The notes: generated by a model not told the origin, from the sequence alone. DNA of 64,000 nt from Paracoccus sp. (in: a-proteobacteria) (GCF_030538655.1 NZ_JAUNTO010000009.1:12487-76486); one strand, 5' to 3'; numbered from the stretch's first letter, positions 10,975 to 20,734 are shown. A program made the numbers and translations.

Positions 10975-11888
10975 TGCGGGTCTGGCTGACCGGCGGGAAC
11001 GGGCTTTTGGGCCGCGCGATCCGGCGGCAGGCGGGCGGCGTGACCTTGCTGGCCCCAAGCCGGGCGGAGCTGGACCTGACCGACCGCGCGGCGGTGGCGG
11101 CGTGGCTGGCGGCGAACCCGGTCGATGCGGTGATCCACGCCGCCGCGCGCGTGGGCGGGATCGCAGCCAATATCGCTGATCCGGCGGGGTTTCTGACCGA
11201 TAACCTGCGCATGAACGATGCCGTCATCACCGGCGCCGATGCTGCGGGGGTGGGGCGGCTGCTGTTCATCGGGTCAAGCTGCGTCTATCCACGCGATTAC
11301 CGGCAGCCGCTGGGTGAAACCGACCTGATGGCCGCCCCGCTGGAACCCACGAACGAGGGTTACGCGCTGGCCAAGCTGGCCGGGATGCGGCTGTGCGATT
11401 ACATCTCGGGGTCGGGGTCGGGGCGGGCCTATCGCAGCCTGATCCCCTGCAACCTGTTTGGCGTGGACGATCACTTTGGCACGGCAGGCGCGCATCTGCT
11501 GGCGGCGGCGATCCATAAGATCGTCGCGGCGCAGACCGCCGGGGCCGATACGGTCGAGATCTGGGGCAGCGGCACGGCCCGGCGCGAGTTTCTGGAGGCC
11601 GACCATCTGGCCCGCTTTGTGCTGGACGCCTTGCCCCGGCTGGCCGATCTGCCGTCGGTGCTGAACATCGGCGCGGGCGTGGATCGCAGCGTGGCCGAAT
11701 GGTATGGGCTGATCGCGGAACTGGCGGGTTGGCATGGGCGCTTTACCTTTGATCTGACCCGGCCCGAGGGGATGCGGGCCAAGCTGCTGTCCAGCGCGCG
11801 GGCCGCGCAGCACGGTTACGCCCCGCCCGCCGACATCCGCCCGGCGCTGTCGCGCGCCATTGCCGCCTGCCGTGAAAAGATGACATGA
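10974..11888 (+). CDS. fcl: GDP-L-fucose synthase family 3,5-epimerase/4-reductase (Fcl, or ColC if the pathway makes colitose)
   Basis: Fcl-like motifs LLFIGSSCVYP and EPTNEGYALAK. TGATG overlap with manC. Confidence 0.7.
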   Translation: MRVWLTGGNGLLGRAIRRQAGGVTLLAPSRAELDLTDRAAVAAWLAANPVDAVIHAAARVGGIAANIADPAGFLTDNLRMNDAVITGADAAGVGRLLFIGSSCVYPRDYRQPLGETDLMAAPLEPTNEGYALAKLAGMRLCDYISGSGSGRAYRSLIPCNLFGVDDHFGTAGAHLLAAAIHKIVAAQTAGADTVEIWGSGTARREFLEADHLARFVLDALPRLADLPSVLNIGAGVDRSVAEWYGLIAELAGWHGRFTFDLTRPEGMRAKLLSSARAAQHGYAPPADIRPALSRAIAACREKMT

Positions 11889-13090
11889 GCACGGTTCTGA
11901 TTCTTGGGGCCGGCATGGTCGGCGTGTCCAGCGCGCTGGCCTTGCAGGAATGCGGGCATGAGGTCACGCTGATCGACCGGCGCGGGCCGGGGCAGGAAAC
12001 CAGCTTTGGCAATGCCGGGTTCATTCAGACCGAGGCGGTGGAGCCCTACGCCATGCCGCTGGCCCTGCGCGATCTGGCGCGCATCGGCTTGGGGCGCAGC
12101 GGCGATGTGCGCTGGACGCCTGGCGGTGTGCTGGCGCAGGCGCGTGCGTTGTTGGCCTATGCCGGGCATTCGCGATCTGCGCAATTCGCCCGCGCCGTGG
12201 CGACCTATCGCCGCCTGATCCCCGCATCCGCCACGGCCCATGCCCCATGGATTGCGGCGGCGGGGGCCGATAATCTGATCCGGCGTGACGGTTATCTGGA
12301 AATCCACCGCACCCCGGCCGGAATGGCGCGGGCGGCGGTGATGGCGGATCGGTTCTCCCGCGATTACGACGTTCCCGCCGAGGTGATGGACGCCGATGCG
12401 CTGGCTGCGGCCGAGCCGGACTTGCGCCAGCGGCTGGCCGGGGCGGTGCTGTGGGGCGGCACATGGACCTGTGCCGATCCGGGCGGGCTGGTGGCGGCCT
12501 ATGCGGCGCTGTTCGTGGCGCGCGGCGGGCAGATCGTGCAGGGCGATGCCGGTGATCTGGCGCGCGACGGTGCGGGGTGGCGCGCGGCGGGTGTTTCGGC
12601 GCAGCACGCGGTGATCGCGCTTGGCCCATGGTCGCCCGGCCTTTGCGCCCGGTTCGGGCTGCGGGTGCCGATGATCCTGAAACGCGGCTATCACCAGCAT
12701 TTTCAGGGCGCTGCACCGTTGAACCGTCCGCTGGTGGATGCCGATCATGGTGTGGTGCTGACGCCGATGCGGGCGGGGCTGCGCATCTGCACCGCCGCCG
12801 ATCTGCGCCGCACGCCGCACCCCGCGCCGCCGCAACTGGCGCGCGGGCTGTCGGCGGCGCGGGGGCTGTTGGGGGTGGGTGATCCGGCTGGCCCGGTCTG
12901 GTCGGGACAGCGCCCTTGTATGCCCGACATGCTGCCGGTTGTGGGCGCGGTGCCCGGCCAGCCGGGCCTTTGGGCGCATTTCGGGCACGGGCATCAGGGC
13001 TTTACCCTTGGTCCGGTCACAGCGGCGATTCTGGCCGAGGCGATGGACGGTGGCGGCTGGCCCGAACTTGCGCCCGCGCGGCTGGGCTGA
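11885..13090 (+). CDS. FAD-dependent oxidoreductase, DadA/DAO family
   Basis: GAGMVGVSSAL dinucleotide-binding motif, NAGFI, and a DadA-like C-terminus. The start overlaps the fcl stop. Confidence 0.6.
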   Translation: MSTVLILGAGMVGVSSALALQECGHEVTLIDRRGPGQETSFGNAGFIQTEAVEPYAMPLALRDLARIGLGRSGDVRWTPGGVLAQARALLAYAGHSRSAQFARAVATYRRLIPASATAHAPWIAAAGADNLIRRDGYLEIHRTPAGMARAAVMADRFSRDYDVPAEVMDADALAAAEPDLRQRLAGAVLWGGTWTCADPGGLVAAYAALFVARGGQIVQGDAGDLARDGAGWRAAGVSAQHAVIALGPWSPGLCARFGLRVPMILKRGYHQHFQGAAPLNRPLVDADHGVVLTPMRAGLRICTAADLRRTPHPAPPQLARGLSAARGLLGVGDPAGPVWSGQRPCMPDMLPVVGAVPGQPGLWAHFGHGHQGFTLGPVTAAILAEAMDGGGWPELAPARLG

Positions 13091-13147
13091 TAACCGGCGC
13101 GCATCTTGTGACGCGGGCGTATCCCGCGACAGCCAACCGAGGACATC

Positions 13148-13570
13148 ATGGCCACCGAACGCACCCTTTCCATCATCAAACCCGACGCCACCAAGCGCAA
13201 CCTGACCGGCAAGATCGTTGCCAAATTCGAGGACGCCGGCCTGCGCGTCGTCGCGTCCAAGCGCATCCACCTGTCGCCCGCTCAGGCTGGTGCGTTCTAT
13301 GCCGAACACAAAGAGCGCCCCTTCTACGGCGAACTGGTTGATTTCATGGCCTCGGAACCCGTCGTCGTGCAGGTTCTGGAAGGCGAAGGCGCCATTGCCA
13401 AGAACCGCGAAGTGATGGGCGCGACCGATCCGGCGCAGGCCGATGCGGGCACCATCCGCAAGGATTTCGCGCTGTCCAAGGGCGAAAACTCGGTCCACGG
13501 GTCGGACAGCCCGGAATCGGCAGCGCGCGAGATCGCGTTCTTTTTCTCGGGTCTGGAACTGGTCGGCTAA
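13148..13570 (+). CDS. ndk: Nucleoside diphosphate kinase
   Basis: Full-length Ndk signature (SIIKPDA...NSVHGSDS). Confidence 0.9.
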   Translation: MATERTLSIIKPDATKRNLTGKIVAKFEDAGLRVVASKRIHLSPAQAGAFYAEHKERPFYGELVDFMASEPVVVQVLEGEGAIAKNREVMGATDPAQADAGTIRKDFALSKGENSVHGSDSPESAAREIAFFFSGLELVG

Positions 13571-13597
13571 GCCCGCCTAACCCCTGAAATCTTCTGG

Positions 13598-13622
13598 AAA
13601 GGGGCCATTTGGGCCCCTTTTT
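13598..13622. terminator. Bidirectional intrinsic terminator hairpin between ndk and the merR-family gene
   Basis: AAAGGGGCC-ATTT-GGGCCCCTTTT: a GC stem flanked by an A-tract and a T-tract. It overlaps the stop codon of the MerR-family gene (13621..13977, minus strand). Confidence 0.5.
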
Positions 13623-13977
13623 ACATGCCCGACCGGACATCCTGAAGATACTGGCCGATCATATCACGGCTTTGCTGTAATTCGGCCATGCGGTCATCCA
13701 GCCGCGCGGCCTCTTGTGTCAGGGCGGCCAACAGGTCGGGGCAGGGATCGAAATCCGGTTTGCTGGTTTTGACGCAGGGCAGAAAGCGGCGGATCAGCTC
13801 AAGCCTTAACCCTGCTTCGTTAAGGGTGCGGATGCGGCGCACGGTGTCTTCGTCTTCTGGCCCGTAATCACGATAGCCCGAGGCGCGGCGGGATGGGCAA
13901 AGCAACCCTTCAGCCTCGTAATAACGCAGCATCCTGACACTGATGCCGGTGCGTTTGGATAATGTGCCGATCTGCAT
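13621..13977 (-). CDS. MerR family transcriptional regulator
   Basis: N-terminal HTH MQIGTLSKRTGISVRMLRYYEAEGLL. Confidence 0.7.
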   Translation of the reverse strand: MQIGTLSKRTGISVRMLRYYEAEGLLCPSRRASGYRDYGPEDEDTVRRIRTLNEAGLRLELIRRFLPCVKTSKPDFDPCPDLLAALTQEAARLDDRMAELQQSRDMIGQYLQDVRSGM

Positions 13978-14051
13978 GTTCAGCCCTTGACCCTGACAGC
14001 GGTGTCAGACCTTAGCTTGCCAGGCGAATCGTGCAAGCAGAAGGATAGGAC

Positions 14052-14846
14052 ATGCCGTTCGCAAGTTTCAAAAATGCTGAAATATCATGGAAAATTGATG
14101 GCAGCGGCCCGCCTTTGGTATTGGTTCACGGCACCGGCGGCGATGCAGACAGCAATTGGGGCGCAATCGTTGGCCAATTGTCCCGACACTGGACGGTGAT
14201 CCGGCCGGAATATTCCGGCTCGGGCGCGACGAAGGACGGGGGCGGGGTTCTGAGGGCAGATGATCTGGCCGGGCAGATTCTTGCGGTTGCGGATGCCGCA
14301 GGGGCGCAGAGCTTTCATCTGATGGGGTTTTCTCTGGGTGCGGCACTTGCGGCCAAGCTTGCGGGCGATGCGCCAGACCGTGTGCTGTCGCTGATCTTGC
14401 TGGCGGGGTTTCAGAATACGAAAGACCCGCGCATGCAATTGCAATTCCGCCTTTGGGCCGATCTTGCTGCGCGGGATCGGGTGACGCTGGCCCGGTTGAT
14501 CCTGCTGACAGGGTTCAGCCCGGATGCGCTGGCGGCATGGACAGCACCGATGGTCGATGAGGCTGTGGCCGGGATTGTGGCGAATACGGATTGGCGGGGG
14601 CTGGCACGGCAGGTGGCGCTGGACCTGGATATCGACGTGTCGGCCAGCATTCCGGGGATCACCGCCCCCGCATTGGTGATCGGCTGTCAATATGACCACA
14701 TGGTGCCGGTTTCGCAGTCGCGTTCCCTGGCCGCGCGGATTGCCGGGGCGGACTATCAGGAACTGCCGACGGGTCATCTGGCACCGGCAGAGCGGCCCGA
14801 CGATCTGGCTGCCTTAATCAAAGCGTTTTTGAAACGGCAACCATAA
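14052..14846 (+). CDS. Alpha/beta hydrolase
   Basis: HGTGGD oxyanion region and a GFSLG nucleophile elbow. Divergent from the MerR-family gene. Confidence 0.65.
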   Translation: MPFASFKNAEISWKIDGSGPPLVLVHGTGGDADSNWGAIVGQLSRHWTVIRPEYSGSGATKDGGGVLRADDLAGQILAVADAAGAQSFHLMGFSLGAALAAKLAGDAPDRVLSLILLAGFQNTKDPRMQLQFRLWADLAARDRVTLARLILLTGFSPDALAAWTAPMVDEAVAGIVANTDWRGLARQVALDLDIDVSASIPGITAPALVIGCQYDHMVPVSQSRSLAARIAGADYQELPTGHLAPAERPDDLAALIKAFLKRQP

Positions 14847-14969
14847 CGGTTGGTTACAGAGATCCGGGCTGTCCTGTCGGGGCAGTCTTTTCATTTGCTT
14901 GTCCTACAGGTTGCGGCGGGCCTGTGCGATGCGCTAATGCTGTGTCAAACAAGTGAAAAGGACAAGGCG

Positions 14970-15896
14970 ATGCGGGCATTCGTTTTTCCGGGCCAAGGCG
15001 CACAGACCATCGGCATGGGGCGCGATCTGGCCACCGCCTATCCGGCGGCAAAGGCAGTGTTTGACGAGGTGGACGAGGCTTTGGGGGAAAGCCTGTCGGC
15101 GATAATCTGGGACGGCGATGCCGAAACGCTGACGCTGACCCGTAATGCCCAGCCCGCGCTGATGGCCACATCCATCGCCGCGATGCGCGCGCTGGAAGCC
15201 GAAGGCTTTGCCGTGACCGATGCCGCCTTTGTGGCCGGGCATTCGCTGGGGGAATATTCTGCGCTGTGCGCAGCTGGCGCGCTGACGCTGGCCGATACGG
15301 CGCGGCTGCTGCGCCTGCGCGGTCAGGCCATGCAAGAGGCGGTGCCGGTGGGGCAGGGCGCGATGGCGGCCATTTTGGGGCTGGATTTCGATGCCGTCGA
15401 TCAACTGGCCCGCGATGCGGCGGGGGACGAGGTGTGTCAGGCCGCCAATGACAATGACCCGGCGCAGGTGGTGATTTCGGGCCACAAGGATGCGGTGGAA
15501 CGCGCCGCCGCGCTGGCCAGGGAACGCGGGGCCAAGCGGGCGCTGATGCTGCCGGTGTCGGCACCGTTCCATTGCGCGCTGATGCAGCCGGCGGCGGCGG
15601 TGATGGCCGAGGCACTGTCGGCGGTCGAGATTGCGGCGCCCGCGGTGCCTTTGGTCGCCAATGTGCGGGCGGAAGGTGTGGTGGAACCCGGCGCGATCCG
15701 CCGCCTGTTGGTCGAGCAGGTGACGGGCGTGGTCCGCTGGCGCGAGTCGGTGGCGAATATGGCCAACGGCGGCGTGACCGAGTTCTGGGAAATCGGGGCG
15801 GGCAAGGCCCTGTCGGGGATGATCCGGCGGATCGCCCCGAATGTCGCGGTTCGCAACTTTGGTGTGTCGGGCGATCTGACGGCGCTGAAGGCGTAA
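14970..15896 (+). CDS. fabD: Malonyl-CoA:ACP transacylase
   Basis: FPGQGAQ and GHSLGE motifs. RBS AAAAGGACAAGG upstream of the ATG at 14970. Confidence 0.85.
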   Translation: MRAFVFPGQGAQTIGMGRDLATAYPAAKAVFDEVDEALGESLSAIIWDGDAETLTLTRNAQPALMATSIAAMRALEAEGFAVTDAAFVAGHSLGEYSALCAAGALTLADTARLLRLRGQAMQEAVPVGQGAMAAILGLDFDAVDQLARDAAGDEVCQAANDNDPAQVVISGHKDAVERAAALARERGAKRALMLPVSAPFHCALMQPAAAVMAEALSAVEIAAPAVPLVANVRAEGVVEPGAIRRLLVEQVTGVVRWRESVANMANGGVTEFWEIGAGKALSGMIRRIAPNVAVRNFGVSGDLTALKA

Positions 15897-15958
15897 GGCC
15901 GGACCGGGGGTTTCACACCCCCGGACCCCCGTGGGATATTTGGAAACGAAAGACGAGG
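15897..15958 (+). repeat. Palindromic repeat family, copy 2
   Basis: CCGGGGGTTTCACACCCCCGG hairpin, then ACCCCCGTGGGATATTTGGAAACGAAAGACGAGG. Starts 1 nt after the fabD stop and ends 6 nt before the fabG ATG. Confidence 0.7.
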
Positions 15959-15963
15959 CAGGG

Positions 15964-16701
15964 ATGTTCGATCTGACAGGTAAGGCGGCGCTGGTAACGG
16001 GCGCTTCGGGTGGGATCGGTGGCGCGATTGCCGAGGCGCTGCATGGGGCCGGAGCGAGCGTGGGCCTGTCGGGCACGCGCGAGGCATCGCTGCGGGAACT
16101 GGCGGATCGGCTGGGCGAGCGGGCCTTTGTGCTGCCCTGCGATCTGTCCGATGCGGCGGCGGTGGATGCGCTGCCCAAGGCGGCGGCCGAGGCCATGGGC
16201 TCGGTCGATATTCTGGTGAACAACGCCGGGATCACCCGCGACAACCTGTTCATGCGCATGTCCGACGAGGAATGGCAGCAGGTTCTGGATATGAACCTGA
16301 CCAGTTCTTTCCGGCTGTGCCGCGCCGTTCTGAAGGGGATGATGCGTGCCCGCTGGGGGCGGATCGTCAATATCACCTCGATCGTGGGGGCGCGCGGCAA
16401 TCCGGGGCAGGCGAACTATGCGGCGGCCAAGGCGGCGTTGCTGGGCATGTCGAAATCACTGGCGGGTGAGGTGGCCAGCCGCAATATCACCGTGAACTGC
16501 GTGGCCCCCGGTTTTATCGGCACCGCCATGACCGACAAGCTGACCGACGATCAGAAGAACAAGATTCTGGTGCAGATCCCTTCGGGCCGGATGGGGACGC
16601 CCGCGGAAATCGCCGCCGCCGTTCTGTTCCTGTCCAGCCCCGAGGCGGGGTATGTTACCGGCACCACGCTGCATGTGAATGGCGGCATGGCGATGATCTG
16701 A
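15964..16701 (+). CDS. fabG: 3-oxoacyl-ACP reductase
   Basis: TGASGGIGGAIA and the catalytic YAAAKAA motif of FabG. Confidence 0.85.
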   Translation: MFDLTGKAALVTGASGGIGGAIAEALHGAGASVGLSGTREASLRELADRLGERAFVLPCDLSDAAAVDALPKAAAEAMGSVDILVNNAGITRDNLFMRMSDEEWQQVLDMNLTSSFRLCRAVLKGMMRARWGRIVNITSIVGARGNPGQANYAAAKAALLGMSKSLAGEVASRNITVNCVAPGFIGTAMTDKLTDDQKNKILVQIPSGRMGTPAEIAAAVLFLSSPEAGYVTGTTLHVNGGMAMI

Positions 16702-16902
16702 GCAAAGACCGGCATTCCGCCTAAAGGGTGAACTGCTTGTCTGAATTGCTTTGTTTAAGGTTGCATGGGGGGCTTGGCTTGCTATATCCCCCGCGTAAGG
16801 CCGAAGGGAAACCGCCCTCGGCTGTCGTTGCTCCGCCGGAGTCCCATGATGGGCAAAGGGGCGGCGCTGTTGGGCGGATGCCCGCGAACATGAGGAAGTG
16901 AC

Positions 16903-17136
16903 ATGAGCGATATCGCTGATCGCGTGAAGAAGATCGTGGTGGAACACCTGGGCGTTGACGAAGACAAGGTGGTTGAAACCGCCTCGTTCATCGATGATCT
17001 GGGTGCGGACAGCCTCGACACGGTTGAGCTGGTCATGGCTTTTGAAGAAGAATTCGGCATCGAGATCCCGGACGATGCAGCCGAGACCATCCAGACCTTT
17101 GGTGATGCGGTGAACTTTATCAAAGGCGCGGTCTGA
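16903..17136 (+). CDS. acpP: Acyl carrier protein
   Basis: 77 aa with the DLGADSLD phosphopantetheine site. Confidence 0.9.
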   Translation: MSDIADRVKKIVVEHLGVDEDKVVETASFIDDLGADSLDTVELVMAFEEEFGIEIPDDAAETIQTFGDAVNFIKGAV

Positions 17137-17193
17137 TTTCAGACCCGGCCTTTGGGCAAGATCGCGGCGCTTCCGGTAACGGGGGCGCCGTTT

Positions 17194-17622
17194 TCATTTG
17201 GCGCGGCGGTTTGCGGCCAGCTGCCAGATCAGCCGCAGGGCAAGCGGTGACAGCGCGGCACTGGCGGCAGCTGGCCAAACTGGCCAGTCCAGCGCGGCGA
17301 ACAGCCAGATCGCTGCGGGCAGCATCAGTATCAGCCCCGGCGTGGTTCCCGGCAGGCGATGACCTGCCCGGATCAAGGCGGAGACCTGTGCCAGCGCCCC
17401 GGCAATAGCTGCCGTGGCGATAGGGGCGACTGACAAGGGAAAGAGCATTGCCGCCAGAATCAGTAACGCAGGCAGCAAACGCGACACGGACAGCACGGCG
17501 CGCAGCCTTGTGCGACGATCCGGCGACGGAACCACGACGCCAGAGACTGCGGCCCGCCACCACGCCATTCTGCGGTGTTCTGGATCAAGAGGGCCGCGAT
17601 CAATGTGATGAGCGGCAGCCAC
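17194..17622 (-). CDS. Hypothetical membrane protein
   Basis: Hydrophobic ORF with no recognisable motif. Start uncertain. Confidence 0.3.
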   Translation of the reverse strand: MAAAHHIDRGPLDPEHRRMAWWRAAVSGVVVPSPDRRTRLRAVLSVSRLLPALLILAAMLFPLSVAPIATAAIAGALAQVSALIRAGHRLPGTTPGLILMLPAAIWLFAALDWPVWPAAASAALSPLALRLIWQLAANRRAK

Positions 17623-17628
17623 ATCGCC

Positions 17629-18447
17629 TTATCGGCCCAGTTTTGCGTGAACCTCGTCCAGATCAACCTCGTCCTTGGGCATCTTGTTGTCGGGGTTGTC
17701 GAAATCATAGCGGAACAGCTGGAAATCCTTTTTGTAGATTTCCCAGACAAGATGCTGTGACAGGTCGTCGAAATATTCGCTGACCTTATATGCCCGCTTT
17801 GGCCCGTGCCCTTCAGATTCGTTGAACTTGGGCACTTGTTCCACGTCCATGGTTACGGGGGTATCGGCGGCATCCAGAACGCGCTGCATCCCTTCGTTGA
17901 ACTTTTCGGTGAAGAAAATCTGATCGTAGCGACCGCCATTCACAATGAACGTGGCGATATGGCCCGACATGGCCGACCAGTGGATGTCGGGTTCCATCGG
18001 GCGGCGCCAGCGGATGGTGTCGCGCGCGAACAGCAGAAAGCGGCGGAAGGATTTGATCTGATCAAAGTCAAAGCCGTCATCCGGGCTGCCCACCTCGACC
18101 CCGTAGCGCTGGATCAGTTGCGGCACCAGATTGCCGCGATAGCGGCGGCCGTTGCGCTGAATCCCGGCGATCTTGTCGAAGAACGATGACAGGATGCGGC
18201 TGTAGGGGTTGCGCACGCAGGTGAACACCACGGCGTCATGTGCGCGCACGGCGCGTTCGATCGGCGCTTCGCTTTCGCGGCGTGCCCATTTGTGCAGCCC
18301 CTCCCTGGCATCGTGAATGTCGCCATCAAAATAGCTGCCATGATCGGAGTGGAACATGATTTGACCGATGGACGAACAGGCACATTTCGGGACCACGCGA
18401 TAGATCAGGCTTTCGCTTTCGGTCATCCAGACGCCGGGAAATCCCAT
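17629..18447 (-). CDS. Carbohydrate sulfotransferase (Sulfotransfer_2-like)
   Basis: 5'-PSB-like YRVVPKCACSSI and 3'-PB-like RNPYSRILSSF motifs. Low-GC codon usage. Start chosen at 18447 for its AAAAGG RBS. Confidence 0.6.
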   Translation of the reverse strand: MGFPGVWMTESESLIYRVVPKCACSSIGQIMFHSDHGSYFDGDIHDAREGLHKWARRESEAPIERAVRAHDAVVFTCVRNPYSRILSSFFDKIAGIQRNGRRYRGNLVPQLIQRYGVEVGSPDDGFDFDQIKSFRRFLLFARDTIRWRRPMEPDIHWSAMSGHIATFIVNGGRYDQIFFTEKFNEGMQRVLDAADTPVTMDVEQVPKFNESEGHGPKRAYKVSEYFDDLSQHLVWEIYKKDFQLFRYDFDNPDNKMPKDEVDLDEVHAKLGR

Positions 18448-18587
18448 GTTATTCTGCCTTTTCTGGCTGTTATGCCTGCCGGTGCTTGCCGAGACGGCCA
18501 AAATCATTCACAGACACAAAGCAAATCGGACCGGAATTTTCAACGGGTTCGGTCAAAAGCGGCTCATATTCTTGCGGATGGACCCCT

Positions 18588-20165
18588 ATGGCGCGGATTG
18601 CCTTTATCCTGCTGTGTCACAAGGACCCCGAAGGTATCGTGGCGCAGGCTCGCCGACTGACCGAGACGGGTGATTTTGTTGCGATCCATTTCGACGCTCA
18701 TGCAAAACCGGCGGATTACGCCCATATCCGCGCTGAACTGGCCGATAACCCGCGTGTGACATTCGCGCGCAAGCGGGTGCGCTGTGGCTGGGGCGAATGG
18801 TCGCTGGTTGCCGCCACGATCGAGGCGGTGCGCGTGGCGGCGGCTCATTTTCCGCAGGCCACGCATTTTTATATGCTGTCGGGCGATTGCATGCCGGTGA
18901 AATCAGCCGGGTTCGCCCGCGATCTGCTGGATCGGGATGATTGCGATTATATTGAATCTTTTGACTTTTTCGAAAGCGACTGGATCAAGACCGGGATCAA
19001 GGAAGAACGGTTGATCTATCGCCACTGGTTCAACGAGCGTCGCCAGAAAACCTGGTTCTATCGCAGCATGGAATGGCAGCAGCGCATGGGCTGGTCGCGG
19101 CCCATCCCCGAGGGTTTGCGGATGATGATCGGCAGCCAATGGTGGTGCCTGCGCCGCGAAACGATCGAGAAAATCCTGACCTTCTGCGACAGCCGCCGCG
19201 ACATCCTGCGGTTTTTCGCGACCACATGGATTCCGGACGAGACGTTCTTTCAGACGCTGGTGCCGCATCTGGTGCCGCGCGATCAGATCCGCACCCGGAC
19301 GCTGACCTTTCTGATGTTTACCGATTACGGAATGCCGGTGACGTTTTATAACGATCACTATGACCTGCTGCTGGGGCAGGATTATCTGTTCGCGCGCAAG
19401 ATCAGCCCCGAGGCGCTGGACCTGAAGGAACGGTTGGGCCAGTTATGGCAATCGGGGCGGCGCGACTTTGCCATCTCGGGCGAGGGGCGGGAATTGCACG
19501 GCTTTCTGACCCGGCAGGGGCGGATCGGTCTGCGCTTTGGTCGCCGCGCGTGGGAGGCGTCGGCGCAGGTGGGCAGCGGTAACGTGCTGCATGTCATCCT
19601 GTGCAAAAAATGGCATTTCGCTAAACGGCTGACGCAGGCAATCCGCGACCGGACCGGGATTCCGGCGGTGGATTATCTGTTCAACGAATCCGAGGCGCAT
19701 CTGCCTGATCTGGGCGGGCTGGAACAGGGCTGGGACAAGCGCAACCACCATCGCCGCGCCATGATCGCGATGCTGATGCAGCATTTTGGTGCCGGGCGGC
19801 TGGTGATGTGTCTGGACCCGGCGAATGCGGGGCTTCTGGCCGATCTGGCGGCCGACCGCGCCGATCTGCGGGTGCTGCATATCGACTGTGATTTCAGCGA
19901 CGATTACCTGCGCGGCCATGTGGCCCGCATTGGTCTGGTCGGCCCCGACACCTCGACCGAGCGGATTGATTCGCTGATCCCGGTCATGCGCCGCGATCTG
20001 GCGCATGAGGTCGAAACCCTGCGCGACATGACCTTGCCCCGGTTCGGGATGATTCGCGTAGATGCCGACAGTCAGGCCAATGCCGCCGCACTGGCGCGGT
20101 TTCTGGATGTTTCCGACGAACTGGCGCATGATCTGGCCGAAACGCCGCATCTGTTTGCCGATTGA
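18588..20165 (+). CDS. GT14 (core-2/I-branching)-like glycosyltransferase with an unknown ~290 aa C-terminal domain
   Basis: Branch-family-like N-terminus (LLCHKD...HFD...YMLSGDCMP...WWCL). The C-terminal half has no recognisable motif. Confidence 0.5.
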   Translation: MARIAFILLCHKDPEGIVAQARRLTETGDFVAIHFDAHAKPADYAHIRAELADNPRVTFARKRVRCGWGEWSLVAATIEAVRVAAAHFPQATHFYMLSGDCMPVKSAGFARDLLDRDDCDYIESFDFFESDWIKTGIKEERLIYRHWFNERRQKTWFYRSMEWQQRMGWSRPIPEGLRMMIGSQWWCLRRETIEKILTFCDSRRDILRFFATTWIPDETFFQTLVPHLVPRDQIRTRTLTFLMFTDYGMPVTFYNDHYDLLLGQDYLFARKISPEALDLKERLGQLWQSGRRDFAISGEGRELHGFLTRQGRIGLRFGRRAWEASAQVGSGNVLHVILCKKWHFAKRLTQAIRDRTGIPAVDYLFNESEAHLPDLGGLEQGWDKRNHHRRAMIAMLMQHFGAGRLVMCLDPANAGLLADLAADRADLRVLHIDCDFSDDYLRGHVARIGLVGPDTSTERIDSLIPVMRRDLAHEVETLRDMTLPRFGMIRVDADSQANAAALARFLDVSDELAHDLAETPHLFAD

Positions 20166-20176
20166 AAGGACAGCCT

Positions 20177-20557
20177 ATGACCCCGGCTTATGACGATCAG
20201 AACATCTTTGCCCGTATCCTGCGTGGCGAGATTCCCTGCGACAAGGTGGCTGAAAATGACCACGCACTGGCGTTTCGCGACATCAACCCCGCTGCGCCGG
20301 TGCATGTTCTGGTAATCCCCAAGGGGGCTTATGTCAGCTTTGACGATTTCTGCGCCCGCGCCAGCGAGGCGGAACTGGCCGGTTTTCTGCGCCTCAGCGG
20401 TCAGGTTGCCGAGGCCGAGGGCGTCGCGCTGAAACGCGGCGCGGGTTTTCGCGCGATCACCAACGCCGGGGAACACGGTGTTCAGGAAGTGCCGCATTTC
20501 CATCTGCATATTCTGGGCGGGCGCGGCATGGGGCCGATGTTGACGCGCCGCGACTGA
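20177..20557 (+). CDS. HIT (histidine triad) family nucleotide hydrolase/transferase
   Basis: C-terminal HFHLHILGG histidine triad. The RBS AAAGGA overlaps the upstream stop. Confidence 0.75.
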   Translation: MTPAYDDQNIFARILRGEIPCDKVAENDHALAFRDINPAAPVHVLVIPKGAYVSFDDFCARASEAELAGFLRLSGQVAEAEGVALKRGAGFRAITNAGEHGVQEVPHFHLHILGGRGMGPMLTRRD

Positions 20558-20734
20558 TTGCGTCCCGCGATGCCGGGGGGGCATTCTGCCCCCCCGGCCC
20601 CTGAGGGCGGTTCAGGTCGCAGCAGTGATCCACCATGGATTGCGCTTGCACTCCAATTTGGTTGCAAACGCGCGGTTTTGGTCCGGCATACTGGCCCCCG
20701 GTTGCCCATGCGTCCGGGGGCGGTCCTGTGCAGA

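Noticed and set aside
16702-16902. 200-nt leader between fabG and acpP as a possible riboswitch or sRNA
   Set aside because: Long acpP leaders are common in alphaproteobacteria. No recognisable riboswitch consensus or strong conserved structure was seen beyond a weak GC hairpin.
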